Positions 1 through 10,365 of a stretch of 64,000 nucleotides of DNA are shown here, piece by piece. The notes beneath the pieces were generated by a model. The model saw only the letters and a list, made by a program, of their open reading frames with translations, searched no databases and was not told the DNA's origin. Within the stretch, counting starts at the first letter, position 1, and every line of letters starts with the position of its first letter. The position numbers and the translations under genes were made by a program. This stretch comes from Candidatus Latescibacterota bacterium (GTDB lineage: Bacteria > Latescibacterota > UBA2968): positions 70,616-134,615 of the forward strand of contig JAYODI010000003.1 of the NCBI GenBank assembly GCA_038279365.1, in the 5' to 3' direction.

Positions 1-249
1 CAGGTGGATCAGTCGCGTGATGAATTGGTGGTGTCCAATCCCAATTGGATTGCAGGCGCACCAGAAAAACAAGAGTTACAACTGAAATTGCGACATGGTC
101 CTGTGATTGTACCGTGCACGATTTCGCCATTGGAGAACAATCGAATTGCAGTGAAGATGGCCGAAAAGGATACGGGTGTGGCACCGGGGCAGTTTGCGGT
201 TTTTTATGATGGTGATATTTGCTTGGGGCATGGAGTGATTGCCGAATGA
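1..249 (+). CDS. mnmA: tRNA 2-thiouridylase MnmA, C-terminal part (truncated by window start)
   Basis: C-terminal signature KLRHGP...GVAPGQFAVFYDGDICLGHGVI. Confidence 0.88.
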   Translation, partial: QVDQSRDELVVSNPNWIAGAPEKQELQLKLRHGPVIVPCTISPLENNRIAVKMAEKDTGVAPGQFAVFYDGDICLGHGVIAE

Positions 250-995
250 GTGATTCATGTTTGTTGCCCATGCCGTGGGGAAATTGTGCGTATTTTGACG
301 CAGAAGGTGAGGGGTATCCCACGGTGTTTTTGCACGGAACGGGATGTGATACCTCTGATTGGCAAGACACGTTTGGATGTTTAAACGACGGTGTGCGTGT
401 TATTGCTATGGATTTTCGTGGACATGGTTTGAGCGAGGTGCCTGCGGGGCGGTTTACGATTGAAGATTTGGCTGATGATGTGCAGGCATTGATGGCGCAT
501 TTGAATTTAAGGCGACCATTGTTGGTGGGGCATAGTTTGGGTGGTATGGTGGCGATGGCCGTGGCGCGTAAGACTCAAAATGTGGGAGGTCTTATTTTGT
601 TAGAAGGGTGGACGGCATTGTCTTGTGTGCGGGAGGCATTTCACGGCGAACGTATGTTTGGCAATTTGTCACCTGAAAAGATAGAACATATTCGCGCCAA
701 GTCTTCAGAGACGAAGGCGCGTTTTTCTGATATTGAGTGGCAGTTCTTTTGGGAGTCTGTGAAAGCATTTGATGCAGAAGATTTTTTGAAGCAGACCGAT
801 ATTTCTATTTGGCAAGTTTATGGCAATATGGGGCGTAAAGCGGACAGTGAACATCGTTTGCGTGTGCCTTGTCGCGAACCTATATTTTGGCATTGGGTGA
901 ATGGAGCAGGACACTATTTGCCCCATGAATGTTGTGAGGAGATTGCAGGTATTTGCCATCAAGCGATTGGATATGTGGCACATGAAAACGGCTGA
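246..995 (+). CDS. alpha/beta fold hydrolase
   Basis: FLHG, DFRGHGLS, nucleophile elbow GHSLGG, C-terminal GAGHY; ATG 246 overlaps the mnmA stop (ATGA). Confidence 0.9.
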   Translation: MSDSCLLPMPWGNCAYFDAEGEGYPTVFLHGTGCDTSDWQDTFGCLNDGVRVIAMDFRGHGLSEVPAGRFTIEDLADDVQALMAHLNLRRPLLVGHSLGGMVAMAVARKTQNVGGLILLEGWTALSCVREAFHGERMFGNLSPEKIEHIRAKSSETKARFSDIEWQFFWESVKAFDAEDFLKQTDISIWQVYGNMGRKADSEHRLRVPCREPIFWHWVNGAGHYLPHECCEEIAGICHQAIGYVAHENG

Positions 996-1464
996 TTATT
1001 GGATTGAAAAGTTAGGTCTTCACGCACACCCCGAAGGTGGATATTTTCGTGAAACGTATCGTGCTGATGAAAAGATTACGACAGAGGGATTGCCTGATCG
1101 GTTTTTGGGAGACCGTTCGTTTTCAACCGCGATCTATTTTTTGCTTACTGAAAACAATTTTTCTTCTTTTCATCGGATTCAATCTGATGAGCTTTGGTTT
1201 TTTCATGCAGGGTCAGAGCTGAAGGTACAGATGATCACCCCCAATGGCAATGATCGATGTTTGACAATTGGACCTGATGGGCCGTTTCAAACTGTGGTAC
1301 CTGCGCAGTGTTGGTTTGGGGCTGAAGTTAAAAAAGATTATGCTTTGGTGAGTTGTACGGTTGCTCCAGGGTTTGATTTTACCGATTTTGAGTTGGCTGA
1401 TCGCCAGACACTTTTGACGCAATATCCGCAACACCGAGATTTGATTGTGAGGTTGACACATTGA
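982..1464 (+). CDS. cupin domain protein (DUF985/Cupin_5 type)
   Basis: HPEGGYFRETYR, STAIYFLL, FHRIQSDELW, LVSCTVAPGFDF; ATG at 982. Confidence 0.9.
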   Translation: MKTADYWIEKLGLHAHPEGGYFRETYRADEKITTEGLPDRFLGDRSFSTAIYFLLTENNFSSFHRIQSDELWFFHAGSELKVQMITPNGNDRCLTIGPDGPFQTVVPAQCWFGAEVKKDYALVSCTVAPGFDFTDFELADRQTLLTQYPQHRDLIVRLTH

Positions 1465-3560
1465 AGACGTGGTTGATTGGTTTTGTGGTGTTGGTTTGGG
1501 CATGGCCTGTTTGGGCACAAGATACGCTTACGGTTGTGGCCGATACGATGGTGGTTTCTGCCACGCGTGTAGAGCGACCCATTTTGGAGGTGCCGTTTGC
1601 TGTAGATGTTTTGTTGGGAACTGATTTGCCACAAGCCGAAGCGGGTTTGTCACTTGCCGAGAAGTTGCGTTATGTGCCGGGGGTGGTGGTGGATAATCGT
1701 CAGAATATGTCGCAGGGAGATCGCATAACGATGCGTGGTGTGGGCGCACGTGCCTCTTTTGGGGTGCGAGGCATTCGCTTGGTGCTCGATGGTATTCCGC
1801 TGACGATGCCCGATGGTCAGGCACAGTTGAACAATTTGGATTTGGCCGATATTGGGCGGATAGAGGTTCTTCGAGGGCCGAGTGCGGCGCTTTATGGCAA
1901 TGCGTCGGGGGGGGTGATTTTGTTGCATTCTCGCAGTGAGCAAGATGCGCCATTTGTTGTTCGCCCGTCGGTGGTGGTTGGTGGTGATGGGCTGCGGCGG
2001 GTGCAAGGGCAGGTATCGGGGCATGTAGACAAATATCAATACGCGATGAGTGGTTATCGGTTGGTGGCCAATGGGTATCGCGATTTTTCTGCTGGAGAGA
2101 CGTGGGCATTTAAAGCACACAATACGTTTCGGGTTTCTGATCGCTTTTCGCTGACGGGGGTGGTTCATCATGTGAACAGCCCGTTTTTGCTTAACCCAAG
2201 TTCGTTAGATCGCGCAGTGGCCGATTCGTTGCCTCAAAGTGCTCGCTTTTTTGTGCGGTCTCAAGGGGCAAGCAAGTCGGTGTTGCAAACACAAGGTGGT
2301 GTAACTGCGCGATATTTGGGTGATGCTGCGCGAGTCGAGACGACGGTTTATGGTTTGACACGTGCGTTGTATAACCCTATTCCTGGGCGCGTTATTGATT
2401 TGGATCGTATAGCAGGTGGGTGGCGTACGGTGATGACAGGAGATCGCTCGGATGTGTCGTGGACGGTGGGCTTGGATGTGGAGGCGCAACGCGATACACG
2501 GTTAGAGTTTGAAAATGATGGTTTGCCCAATGGGCAAGTCAATACCATTGCGGCATCAGATGTATTGAAGCAGGTGCAAAAAGGGGCGCAGTTACAAGAT
2601 CAAAAAGAGTCGGTGACCAATCTGGGGCCGTTTGTGCATTTGGGGTGGCAGGTGGCTACGCAGTGGCAACTGGCGTTGGGTGTGCGGTATGACCATTTTG
2701 TATTTGATGTGACGGATCGTTGGTTGACCGATGGGGTGGATGCGTCGGGTTCACGCACGATGGGGCAATGGAGTCCTTCTTTAGGTGTGACATTTCGAGC
2801 GACAGATTTGATGTCTCTCTATGCCAATGTGGGCACAGCGTTTCAAACGCCAACCACAACGGAGTTGGGCAATCGTCCCAGTGGGGCAGGTGGGTTTAAT
2901 TTGGATTTGGAACCTGAACGTTTGCGTTCTTTTGAGGTGGGTGTAAAAGGGTTTTCATCTTCGGGTGCGGTGGCCTATGATGTGGCGGGGTATGTGATGA
3001 CCATTCGAGATATGTTGATTCCGTTTCAAGTGGTGGGCAGTGAAGAAATTTTTTATCGCAATGCGGGCAAAACGCGGAATATTGGTTTTGAAACACACGT
3101 GCGTTGGATACCTGTAAAGGCGTTTCGCGCTGATGTGTCGTATTCTCACCAACATTTTACGTTTCGCAATTATCAGCTTGAATCGGGTGAACAATTGTCG
3201 GGAAACCGTGTGCCAGGTGTGCCACCGCATCGGCTTTCTTTGGGGCTGACGCTGAGCCATCCTTCGGGTGGATTTGGAGAGGTTCACGTACAAGCAACCG
3301 ATGATGTGTTTGCCAACGATTTGAATGGCCCTCCTGTAGGCAGTTCTAAATCTGAGCGAGATTTTGTTAATGAGGGTGCTGTGGTGACGGATTTGCGGTT
3401 GGGGTTTCGGCGATCACTTTTTGAAGGTTATGTGGGCATGAACAATGTGTTTGATATACGTTATAACAGTTCTATTGTACCAAATGCTTTGGGGGATCGT
3501 TTTTTTGAGCCTGCTTCTGGACGTATGGTGTATGTGGGAATGTTGATTGAAGTTTGGTAG
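1461..3560 (+). CDS. TonB-dependent receptor
   Basis: Signal peptide, TonB-box-like DTMVVSATR, plug motif IEVLRGPSAALYGNASGGVI, C-terminal NVFD...GR and terminal aromatic W. Confidence 0.93.
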   Translation: MKTWLIGFVVLVWAWPVWAQDTLTVVADTMVVSATRVERPILEVPFAVDVLLGTDLPQAEAGLSLAEKLRYVPGVVVDNRQNMSQGDRITMRGVGARASFGVRGIRLVLDGIPLTMPDGQAQLNNLDLADIGRIEVLRGPSAALYGNASGGVILLHSRSEQDAPFVVRPSVVVGGDGLRRVQGQVSGHVDKYQYAMSGYRLVANGYRDFSAGETWAFKAHNTFRVSDRFSLTGVVHHVNSPFLLNPSSLDRAVADSLPQSARFFVRSQGASKSVLQTQGGVTARYLGDAARVETTVYGLTRALYNPIPGRVIDLDRIAGGWRTVMTGDRSDVSWTVGLDVEAQRDTRLEFENDGLPNGQVNTIAASDVLKQVQKGAQLQDQKESVTNLGPFVHLGWQVATQWQLALGVRYDHFVFDVTDRWLTDGVDASGSRTMGQWSPSLGVTFRATDLMSLYANVGTAFQTPTTTELGNRPSGAGGFNLDLEPERLRSFEVGVKGFSSSGAVAYDVAGYVMTIRDMLIPFQVVGSEEIFYRNAGKTRNIGFETHVRWIPVKAFRADVSYSHQHFTFRNYQLESGEQLSGNRVPGVPPHRLSLGLTLSHPSGGFGEVHVQATDDVFANDLNGPPVGSSKSERDFVNEGAVVTDLRLGFRRSLFEGYVGMNNVFDIRYNSSIVPNALGDRFFEPASGRMVYVGMLIEVW

Positions 3561-3587
3561 TTTATCCTTTTTCTAAGGGCGTAATTA

Positions 3588-4415
3588 ATGAAAAGCTTTC
3601 TCGAAATAATGACCGTAGAAACCGGTGTGCGACGGGTGGTGTTTGAGATGGAAGATCATTTTGAGGCACCCAATTGGTCGCGTGATGGATCTTTTTTGAT
3701 TTATAACAGCCACGGGCGGTTGTATCGGTTGCCAGTGGCGGGTGGTTCGCCCACGGAAATTGATACGGGGCATGCAATAAAGTGCAACAATGATCATGGC
3801 TTGTCACCCGACGGGTCGTTGTTGGCCATTAGTGACAGCAGTATGGGGGGGCAGTCGCAGGTTTATGTGTTGCCTACCGCAGGGGGCACGCCACGTTTGG
3901 TGACAAAGGAAAGCCCATCGTATTGGCATGGGTGGTCACCCGATGGCAAGACATTGGCCTATACGGGTAGGCGTGATGACAATTATGATATTTATACCAT
4001 TTCGGTAGATGGTGGTCATGAGACACGATTGACCACTGCGCCCGAATTGGATGATGGGCCAGATTATACACCCGATGGGGCGTGGATTTATTTTAACTCG
4101 GCACGTACGGGTATTATGCGCATATGGAAAATGCGCCCCAATGGCAGTGAACAGACACAGGTGACATTTGATGAAGATTATGCCGATTGGTTTCCACACC
4201 CGTCGCCAAATGGACAACATTTGGTGTTTTTGTCGTATGACAAATCTGTTGATGGTCACCCGAAGAACAAAGATGTGGTGTTGCGCCTGATGCCTTTGGA
4301 TGGCCATGAACCACCGCGTGTGATTGTTGCATTGTTTGGTGGGCAGGGGACGATTAATGTGCCATCGTGGTCGCCAGACAGTAAGGAATTTGCATTTGTG
4401 CGATATGAAGTGTGA
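3588..4415 (+). CDS. TolB-like PD40-repeat beta-propeller protein
   Basis: Repeated WSPDG/LSPDG/YTPDG motifs; [14 protein letters not shown]. Confidence 0.88.
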   Translation: MKSFLEIMTVETGVRRVVFEMEDHFEAPNWSRDGSFLIYNSHGRLYRLPVAGGSPTEIDTGHAIKCNNDHGLSPDGSLLAISDSSMGGQSQVYVLPTAGGTPRLVTKESPSYWHGWSPDGKTLAYTGRRDDNYDIYTISVDGGHETRLTTAPELDDGPDYTPDGAWIYFNSARTGIMRIWKMRPNGSEQTQVTFDEDYADWFPHPSPNGQHLVFLSYDKSVDGHPKNKDVVLRLMPLDGHEPPRVIVALFGGQGTINVPSWSPDSKEFAFVRYEV

Positions 4416-4477
4416 AAATATATTGTTTGTGTGTGATGGGCGACGTAAAGCCGTTTCTGATATGAAAGTGTCTTTTT

Positions 4478-4690
4478 ATGAATCTCAACCCTGAAAAATT
4501 GTATCACTCAAAATGGACAGCTGTTAAACCACAGAATAAAGAAAAGCATTTTATTGTTACAAAAGTTTTAAAAGATGACAACGATCGGGTGCAAGATGTG
4601 GTTTTGGAGGCGGTGTTGACCAAGCAGGTGTGGCAAATGCCGTGGCGAGAGCTGAAAGATGCGTCGGTATGGTTGGCGGGATGGCAATAA
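4478..4690 (+). CDS. TIGR02450-family tryptophan-rich small protein
   Basis: LNPEKLYHSKWTAVKPQNKEKHFIV...WRELKD...WLAGW family pattern. Confidence 0.85.
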   Translation: MNLNPEKLYHSKWTAVKPQNKEKHFIVTKVLKDDNDRVQDVVLEAVLTKQVWQMPWRELKDASVWLAGWQ

Positions 4691-4718
4691 AAAAGCCAGG
4701 TCTAATGACCTGGCTTTT
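4691..4718. terminator. bidirectional intrinsic terminator
   Basis: AAAAGCCAGGTC-taat-GACCTGGCTTTT between convergent genes. Confidence 0.85.
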
Positions 4719-4735
4719 GTGTGTATGGGCAGAAT

Positions 4736-5338
4736 TTATGGAATGGTTTCTTCTGGGTAAACAGCGGTGTGGACGATTTTGTCATGGAGGGCTTGTTTGG
4801 CCTCACCCAGGGCAAAAAAGCAACCAATACTTACGATAATACCTAAAACATTGCCAATGGTATTTAAAAATTCAACGCCTAAAATAAGACCAACAAGTGC
4901 CAATATAGATGCAATGGTTTTGATGGCATAACGTTTGAGGAGTGTGCTTGTTTCGGCGGTGGTGCTGTTGTCATTGCCAATTTTGATGGCCAGAATCATT
5001 TTGCCAGGTGATGCGCCTGTAAACCCTTCTATGAGGCCGTATAAGACCGCGCAAAGACCAGCCGCCCCCGAAATGGCAGCAACCCACTCACCTGCTTCAC
5101 CCGATAATTCGGGGTCGATGGGCACCAATCCTACAAAAAGGTCCTTGAGGGCATAACCGACCACACCTGCTGCGATTGTTGTGAAGATGCCGTCAAGCAA
5201 ATAGGCACCCAACCGTTTTCCAAATCCGATACGTTCTGGTGGCGCATCGGGAATTTCAGATTCCATGTCATTCGGTACAGTGGCCGTGTGTTCGACAAGG
5301 CTTTCAGGTGTGTCTGTGTTGTCCATTTCTTCGGCCAT
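4736..5338 (-). CDS. RDD family membrane protein
   Basis: GFGKRLGAYLLD, SPGKMIL, QALHDKI...TAV; GAGG RBS before ATG 5338. Confidence 0.88.
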   Translation of the reverse strand: MAEEMDNTDTPESLVEHTATVPNDMESEIPDAPPERIGFGKRLGAYLLDGIFTTIAAGVVGYALKDLFVGLVPIDPELSGEAGEWVAAISGAAGLCAVLYGLIEGFTGASPGKMILAIKIGNDNSTTAETSTLLKRYAIKTIASILALVGLILGVEFLNTIGNVLGIIVSIGCFFALGEAKQALHDKIVHTAVYPEETIP

Positions 5339-5620
5339 AAAAAAATCCTCCCGTGTGCGCATGATCATCAAACCGCACGTTTTGGGTTGAGACGTGAACG
5401 GTACTATAAAAGTATTGGGGTTTTATGATTCTGATATGGATTGGATGTCAAATTTCGACTTTACATATGGTAAGGTGATTTTTCGTTTAAGTCAATTTAA
5501 TATGTTTTATCAAATTAAATGATTATATTTTGCAAGTTTTTTACTTGCCTTTGCGTCGAACCGATGTAGTTTGTACACGTTCATATAGACGTTTTTGTGT
5601 TGATAGAGGGAAAGGATATT

Positions 5621-6895
5621 ATGGCTGATCAAACAGTGAAGGTGACGATCAATGGAACAGGCTTTGCGGGTGATTATACCACCCAGGTATATGGCATGAT
5701 TCCACATAAAAATGGTGTGAATATCAATTTGGCAGGTGTGTGTTCGGGGCATTTGGAAAACGCTGAAAAGTTTGCCAAAAAACATGGCATTGGTGGGGCA
5801 TATGACAACCATAAAGATATGGTCACAAAGATCAAGCCAGATATTGATAATATTGCTTGCGCCAATTATGCACACGGGCAATATGCCATGGAAGCAGCCG
5901 AAGCTGGGGCTAAGGTGATTGTGCTTGAAAAACCACCTGTGATTTGGCCGGGTTACCCCGAAGGGCGGGAGGCTGATGGAGAAACCAAAAAACATGAAAC
6001 AATGGATTATTTGAGCCAAGTGCTGGATACCATTCGGCGCTGTGGTTCTAAGCTGTTATATGCCGAAGATTTTGTGTATTTTGATGGGGTAAAGGGCATG
6101 GTGGAGTTGCTGATGCAAGCGCGCAAGGTGGATAAAGGTCGCATTTTGTACCAGCGCGGTATTTGTGCCCACCAAGGTTCTCATGCTCCGGCTTATGACA
6201 CACCCTCTTTGTCGGGTGGGGGGGCATTGTTTAACAAGGCGTGTCATCCATTGGGCCCCATTTTGTATTTGAAGCAGGTAGAAGGGATTTTGGCCAACGG
6301 CAAACCCATTCGTCCAAAGAAAGTATCGGCGGTGGCCTTACAGGTGCTCAAGAATCAACCCAAATCGGCAGGTGAACACTTTCGGGTGATGCAAAACGTG
6401 GATGATTTTGGCCGCATTACGATTGTGTTTGAAGATGAGACGGTGGCCGATGTATATGGCTACGATTTGAGTATCAGTGGCATTAAAAATGAATTGTATT
6501 TGATCAGTGATTTTGCACAATACGATATTCGTGTTAACCCCACATCGGGCACGGAATTGTTTTTGCCCAAGGGGGAGGCCGCGGGTAATATTTTGTTGCG
6601 TGAAAAACTGCCAACACCCGAAGGGACTTCCTTTCCAATGCCCAATCAGTTTTATGCACATGGATATGTCAATGAAATGGATGATGCTGTAGATTGTGTG
6701 TTGGAAGCAGATCGTTACCCACAATCGGGTGCATTGATGGCCTGGGATACGATGGCAGTGTTGATGGCCAGCTATGAATCGAGTGAAAAACATGCGACAT
6801 TTGTCGATTTGACTGCGTATATTGAGGCGCGATCATTTGATGCTACAGAGATGCCAGATCCTGAAAAATTTGGCACAGTGTTTCAGAAGCAGTAA
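5621..6895 (+). CDS. Gfo/Idh/MocA family oxidoreductase
   Basis: N-terminal Rossmann NGTGFAG, EKP motif, SGGGAL. Confidence 0.85.
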   Translation: MADQTVKVTINGTGFAGDYTTQVYGMIPHKNGVNINLAGVCSGHLENAEKFAKKHGIGGAYDNHKDMVTKIKPDIDNIACANYAHGQYAMEAAEAGAKVIVLEKPPVIWPGYPEGREADGETKKHETMDYLSQVLDTIRRCGSKLLYAEDFVYFDGVKGMVELLMQARKVDKGRILYQRGICAHQGSHAPAYDTPSLSGGGALFNKACHPLGPILYLKQVEGILANGKPIRPKKVSAVALQVLKNQPKSAGEHFRVMQNVDDFGRITIVFEDETVADVYGYDLSISGIKNELYLISDFAQYDIRVNPTSGTELFLPKGEAAGNILLREKLPTPEGTSFPMPNQFYAHGYVNEMDDAVDCVLEADRYPQSGALMAWDTMAVLMASYESSEKHATFVDLTAYIEARSFDATEMPDPEKFGTVFQKQ

Positions 6896-6977
6896 GAAGA
6901 GGGAAGGAAGAGGAAAAATCTTTTAATCTTCTTCTTTCTTCTCTCGTCTTTTTTTTCTTCCTCTGAAGGGGTTGATT

Positions 6978-7922
6978 ATGGCGACGGTGGGGTTGATTGG
7001 GCACGACGATTATTTGGCACATGACACGGGAGATAGCCACCCTGAGCGTCCTGAACGGTTGCGTGCGATTCACGCGCGTTTAGATGAAACGGGGTTGCGT
7101 TCCGATTTGGTGGCTTTTGAACCGCGCCATGTGGATGTCAGTTGGTTAAATAAGGTACACGACCCAGCTCATGTGGCCAACGTGAAATCGCGTTGCGAAC
7201 GGGGTTTGGACTATATGGAAGATTTTGAGACGATGTTGTGTCCGCAATCTTTTGATATTGCACGGCTGGCTGTGGGCGCTACGTTTGAAGCGGTTGATGC
7301 CGTGATGAACAAGCGGGCAGATAGTGTGTTTTGTGCGGTGCGCCCACCTGGTCATCACGCCGAATACGATCGTGCCATGGGTTTTTGTTTGTTTGGCAAC
7401 GTGGTGGTAACGGCACGGTATATTCAAGAGATTTATCACCTTGAACGGGTTGCCATTGTCGATTGGGATGTGCATCATGGCAATGGTACTCAACACTTAT
7501 TAGATTCAGATCCCACGGTGCATTATTTTAGCATTCACCAATACCCTCATTACCCAGGTACTGGGCGCGCAGAGGAGCGTGGGGTAGGGCGCGGAGAGGG
7601 TTTTACGTTGAATGTGCCCGTTTCGGCTGGCACAGGAGATGAGGAATATTTGCGTGCATTTGATGAAAAATGGATGCCTGCGATGGATGCATTTAAGCCC
7701 GAGTTTGTGATTATATCGGCAGGTTTTGACGCACATATTCGCGATCCGCTATCTGCAACACAAGTGACAGAAAATGGGTTTGCAGAAATGACCCGTCGAG
7801 TACAAGCCATTGCCGATGATCATGCTCATGGACGGTTGATTTCTGTATTGGAGGGTGGATACGATTTGGTGGGGTTGTCGCACAGCGTGGAGACCCATTT
7901 AAAGACGTTGTTGGAGAATTAA
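6978..7922 (+). CDS. histone deacetylase family protein (AcuC/AphA-like)
   Basis: HPERPERL, RPPGHH, GFC, DWDVHHGNGTQ, SAGFD, LEGGY. Confidence 0.95.
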   Translation: MATVGLIGHDDYLAHDTGDSHPERPERLRAIHARLDETGLRSDLVAFEPRHVDVSWLNKVHDPAHVANVKSRCERGLDYMEDFETMLCPQSFDIARLAVGATFEAVDAVMNKRADSVFCAVRPPGHHAEYDRAMGFCLFGNVVVTARYIQEIYHLERVAIVDWDVHHGNGTQHLLDSDPTVHYFSIHQYPHYPGTGRAEERGVGRGEGFTLNVPVSAGTGDEEYLRAFDEKWMPAMDAFKPEFVIISAGFDAHIRDPLSATQVTENGFAEMTRRVQAIADDHAHGRLISVLEGGYDLVGLSHSVETHLKTLLEN

Positions 7923-8789
7923 ATGATGAGCGATCTAAAAATTGCCTTTCAAGGTGAGTATGGTGCTTTTAGTGAAATGGCCGCACGTGCTTATTTTGGC
8001 GAAGATGTTGAGGTATTGCCTCGCCCAAATTTTGTAGCTTTGTTTTCGGCTGTTGAAAAGGGCGATGCCTCACACGGCATGGTACCTATTGAAAATTCTT
8101 TGATGGGCAGTATTCACGAGAACTACGACAACTTGCTCAAGCACGGATTGCAGATTGTGGGTGAGTTGAAATTGCGCATTGTGCATAATTTGATTGTGAA
8201 CCCTGGTGTGAAATTGGAAGACATTCGGCATATTTATTCTCAAGCTCCGGCACTGGCGCAATGCACAAATTTGATTGCCTCTTTGCCGGAGGCTTCTGCT
8301 GTTATGGCATCTGATACAGCAGGCGCTGTCAAACAGCTCAAATTGTCGGGTGCACGTGATGCGGCGGCCATTGCCAGCAAACAGGCGGCTATTGATTATG
8401 AGCTGGATATATTACAGGCAGGCATTGAAGATGATCATGCCAATTTTACCCGTTTTTTGGTGGTCGTTCCCGAAGGTGTAGAGGTGAAAGATGCCACCAA
8501 AACATCTATTGTTTTTGCCATGCAAAATGTGCCAGGTGCATTGTTTAAGAGTTTGAGCGTGTTTGCTTTGCGCGATTTAAATTTATTGAAAATTGAGTCT
8601 CGTCCATTAATTGGCAAGCCGTGGGAATATTCGTTTTATTTGGATATTGAGGGGCATCTGGGGCAAGAGCCATGTAGGCGAGCCATTGATCATTTGCGAG
8701 AAATTGCGAGTTTTGTGCGCATCTTGGGGTCTTATAAACAGGGGGATGTTGTGGACGGGAAAGTACGACCGAAGCGGAATGAGGCTTGA
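7923..8789 (+). CDS. pheA: prephenate dehydratase (PDT + ACT domains)
   Basis: AFQGEYGAFSE, PIENS, NFTRF, ACT domain KIESRP. Confidence 0.93.
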   Translation: MMSDLKIAFQGEYGAFSEMAARAYFGEDVEVLPRPNFVALFSAVEKGDASHGMVPIENSLMGSIHENYDNLLKHGLQIVGELKLRIVHNLIVNPGVKLEDIRHIYSQAPALAQCTNLIASLPEASAVMASDTAGAVKQLKLSGARDAAAIASKQAAIDYELDILQAGIEDDHANFTRFLVVVPEGVEVKDATKTSIVFAMQNVPGALFKSLSVFALRDLNLLKIESRPLIGKPWEYSFYLDIEGHLGQEPCRRAIDHLREIASFVRILGSYKQGDVVDGKVRPKRNEA

Positions 8790-8847
8790 CGTTTGGGATT
8801 TTATGAGACACTGTTAACATGATACCATGTTCAACTATTTTTGAGTA

Positions 8848-10041
8848 ATGACACAGACAAAGGACAAGGTCATGAAATTTGCAGATCGCATGTCGCTGTT
8901 GGGTACGGAATCGGCTTTTGATGTGTTGGTCAAAGCACGTGCCTTAGAAGCCCAAGGGCACAATGTGGTGCATTTGGAAATTGGCGAGCCCGATTTTAGT
9001 TCGCCATCCCATGTGATTGAAGCAGGGCAAAAAGCGTTGGCCAATGGGTTTACGCATTATGGTCCACCGGCGGGGTTGCCCGATTTGCGTGAAGCCATTG
9101 CCGAATATATTGACAGCACGCGCGATATTGATGTGCATCCCGATCAGGTGGTGGTGACACCGGGTGCAAAACCCATTATGTTTTATACGTTGTTGGCATT
9201 GGCGCAACCAGGTGATGAGGTGATTTATCCCAATCCGGGTTTTCCGATTTATGAGTCGGTGATTCGATTTGTGGGAGCCAAGCCTGTGCCTGTGCCGCTT
9301 ATTGAAGCGCGTGGATTTAGCTTGGATGTGGATCAATTGCGCAGTTTGATTACCGACAAAACCAAACTGATTATTCTCAATTCGCCACAAAATCCAACGG
9401 GCGGGGTGATTCCCGAAGAAGATTTGAAAGGCATTGCCGAAATTGCAGTGGCACATCAGATTCCTGTTTTGGCTGATGAAATTTATTCGCGCATGATTTA
9501 TGATGGCGATTTTTGTAGCATTTCGGCCTATGATGGCATGGCCGATTTGACCATTATTTTGGATGGTTTTTCGAAGACCTATGCCATGACGGGGTGGCGT
9601 TTGGGATATGGTGTGATGCCGTTGGATCTGGCCAAACATATGGCGCGCTTGATGGTGAACAGCAATTCGTGCACGGCGGCCTTTACGCAAATGGCAGGTA
9701 TTGCAGCACTCAATGGGCCACAAGATGAATCGGAAGCCATGATGGCCAAATTTAAGGAACGACGCGATGTCTTTATTGCTGGACTCAATAACATTCCAGG
9801 GATTTCGTGCAAGATGCCTGCTGGCGCATTTTATGCTTTTCCGAATATTACCGCATTAAACAAATCGTCTAAGGAAGTGGCCGATGCGCTGTTGTATGAG
9901 GGGCATATTGCGGCTTTGGCAGGGTCTGATTTTGGTGTTCATGGCGAGGGTTATTTACGATTTTCATATGCCAATTCGTTGGAAAACTTAAACGAGGCAT
10001 TGGTGCGTATTCGCAAAGTGGTTGAGAAGTTGCAAGGTTAA
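8848..10041 (+). CDS. PLP-dependent aminotransferase class I/II (aspartate aminotransferase-like)
   Basis: GEPDF, NSPQNPTG, DEIY, GFSKTYAMTGWRLG; start may be 8872. Confidence 0.93.
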   Translation: MTQTKDKVMKFADRMSLLGTESAFDVLVKARALEAQGHNVVHLEIGEPDFSSPSHVIEAGQKALANGFTHYGPPAGLPDLREAIAEYIDSTRDIDVHPDQVVVTPGAKPIMFYTLLALAQPGDEVIYPNPGFPIYESVIRFVGAKPVPVPLIEARGFSLDVDQLRSLITDKTKLIILNSPQNPTGGVIPEEDLKGIAEIAVAHQIPVLADEIYSRMIYDGDFCSISAYDGMADLTIILDGFSKTYAMTGWRLGYGVMPLDLAKHMARLMVNSNSCTAAFTQMAGIAALNGPQDESEAMMAKFKERRDVFIAGLNNIPGISCKMPAGAFYAFPNITALNKSSKEVADALLYEGHIAALAGSDFGVHGEGYLRFSYANSLENLNEALVRIRKVVEKLQG

Positions 10042-10060
10042 GCGATTGATTGCGCTTGAA

Positions 10061-10095
10061 AAGCCTCAGAGACCACGGCCTCTGGGGCTTTTTTT
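10061..10095 (+). terminator. intrinsic terminator
   Basis: AAGCCTCAGAG...CTCTGGGGCTT followed by a T-run. Confidence 0.8.
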
Positions 10096-10130
10096 AAATC
10101 TTGCCAATCTTTTGGTGAGGCTACATTTTT

Positions 10131-10364
10131 ATGACAGAGTATAGACCCATATCTTGTTCGTTACACGATGAGCTTGAAGCTGCGGCTACGTTGCGTAAGC
10201 CGTGCGAGGTGGTATATTGTGCGGATGGCGTTGAAATGATGGTCACTGGGCGTGTTATCGATTTGTATGCACGAGCGGGTGTGGAGTGGATGCTTTTGGA
10301 TAATAAAAAAGAAATTCGTTTGGATCATTTGGTTCGCTTTAATGGCAAAAGCTTTGAGGGCTGA
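10131..10364 (+). CDS. rof: Rho-binding antiterminator Rof (YaeO family)
   Basis: YRPISCSLHDELE N-terminus and EIRLDHL C-terminus; 77 aa. Confidence 0.85.
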   Translation: MTEYRPISCSLHDELEAAATLRKPCEVVYCADGVEMMVTGRVIDLYARAGVEWMLLDNKKEIRLDHLVRFNGKSFEG

Positions 10365-10365
10365 A

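Noticed and set aside
1528-2171. Long His/Pro-rich - strand ORFs opposite the TonB-dependent receptor (similar ones at 29.8-31.6 kb and 37.8-39.1 kb)
   Set aside because: Shadow ORFs arising from the G+T-rich + strand; no recognisable domains.
6978-7922. Functional link between the deacetylase and the histone H1-like protein
   Set aside because: They are about 45 kb apart, and bacterial HDAC-family enzymes often act on polyamines or other substrates; no evidence of linkage.
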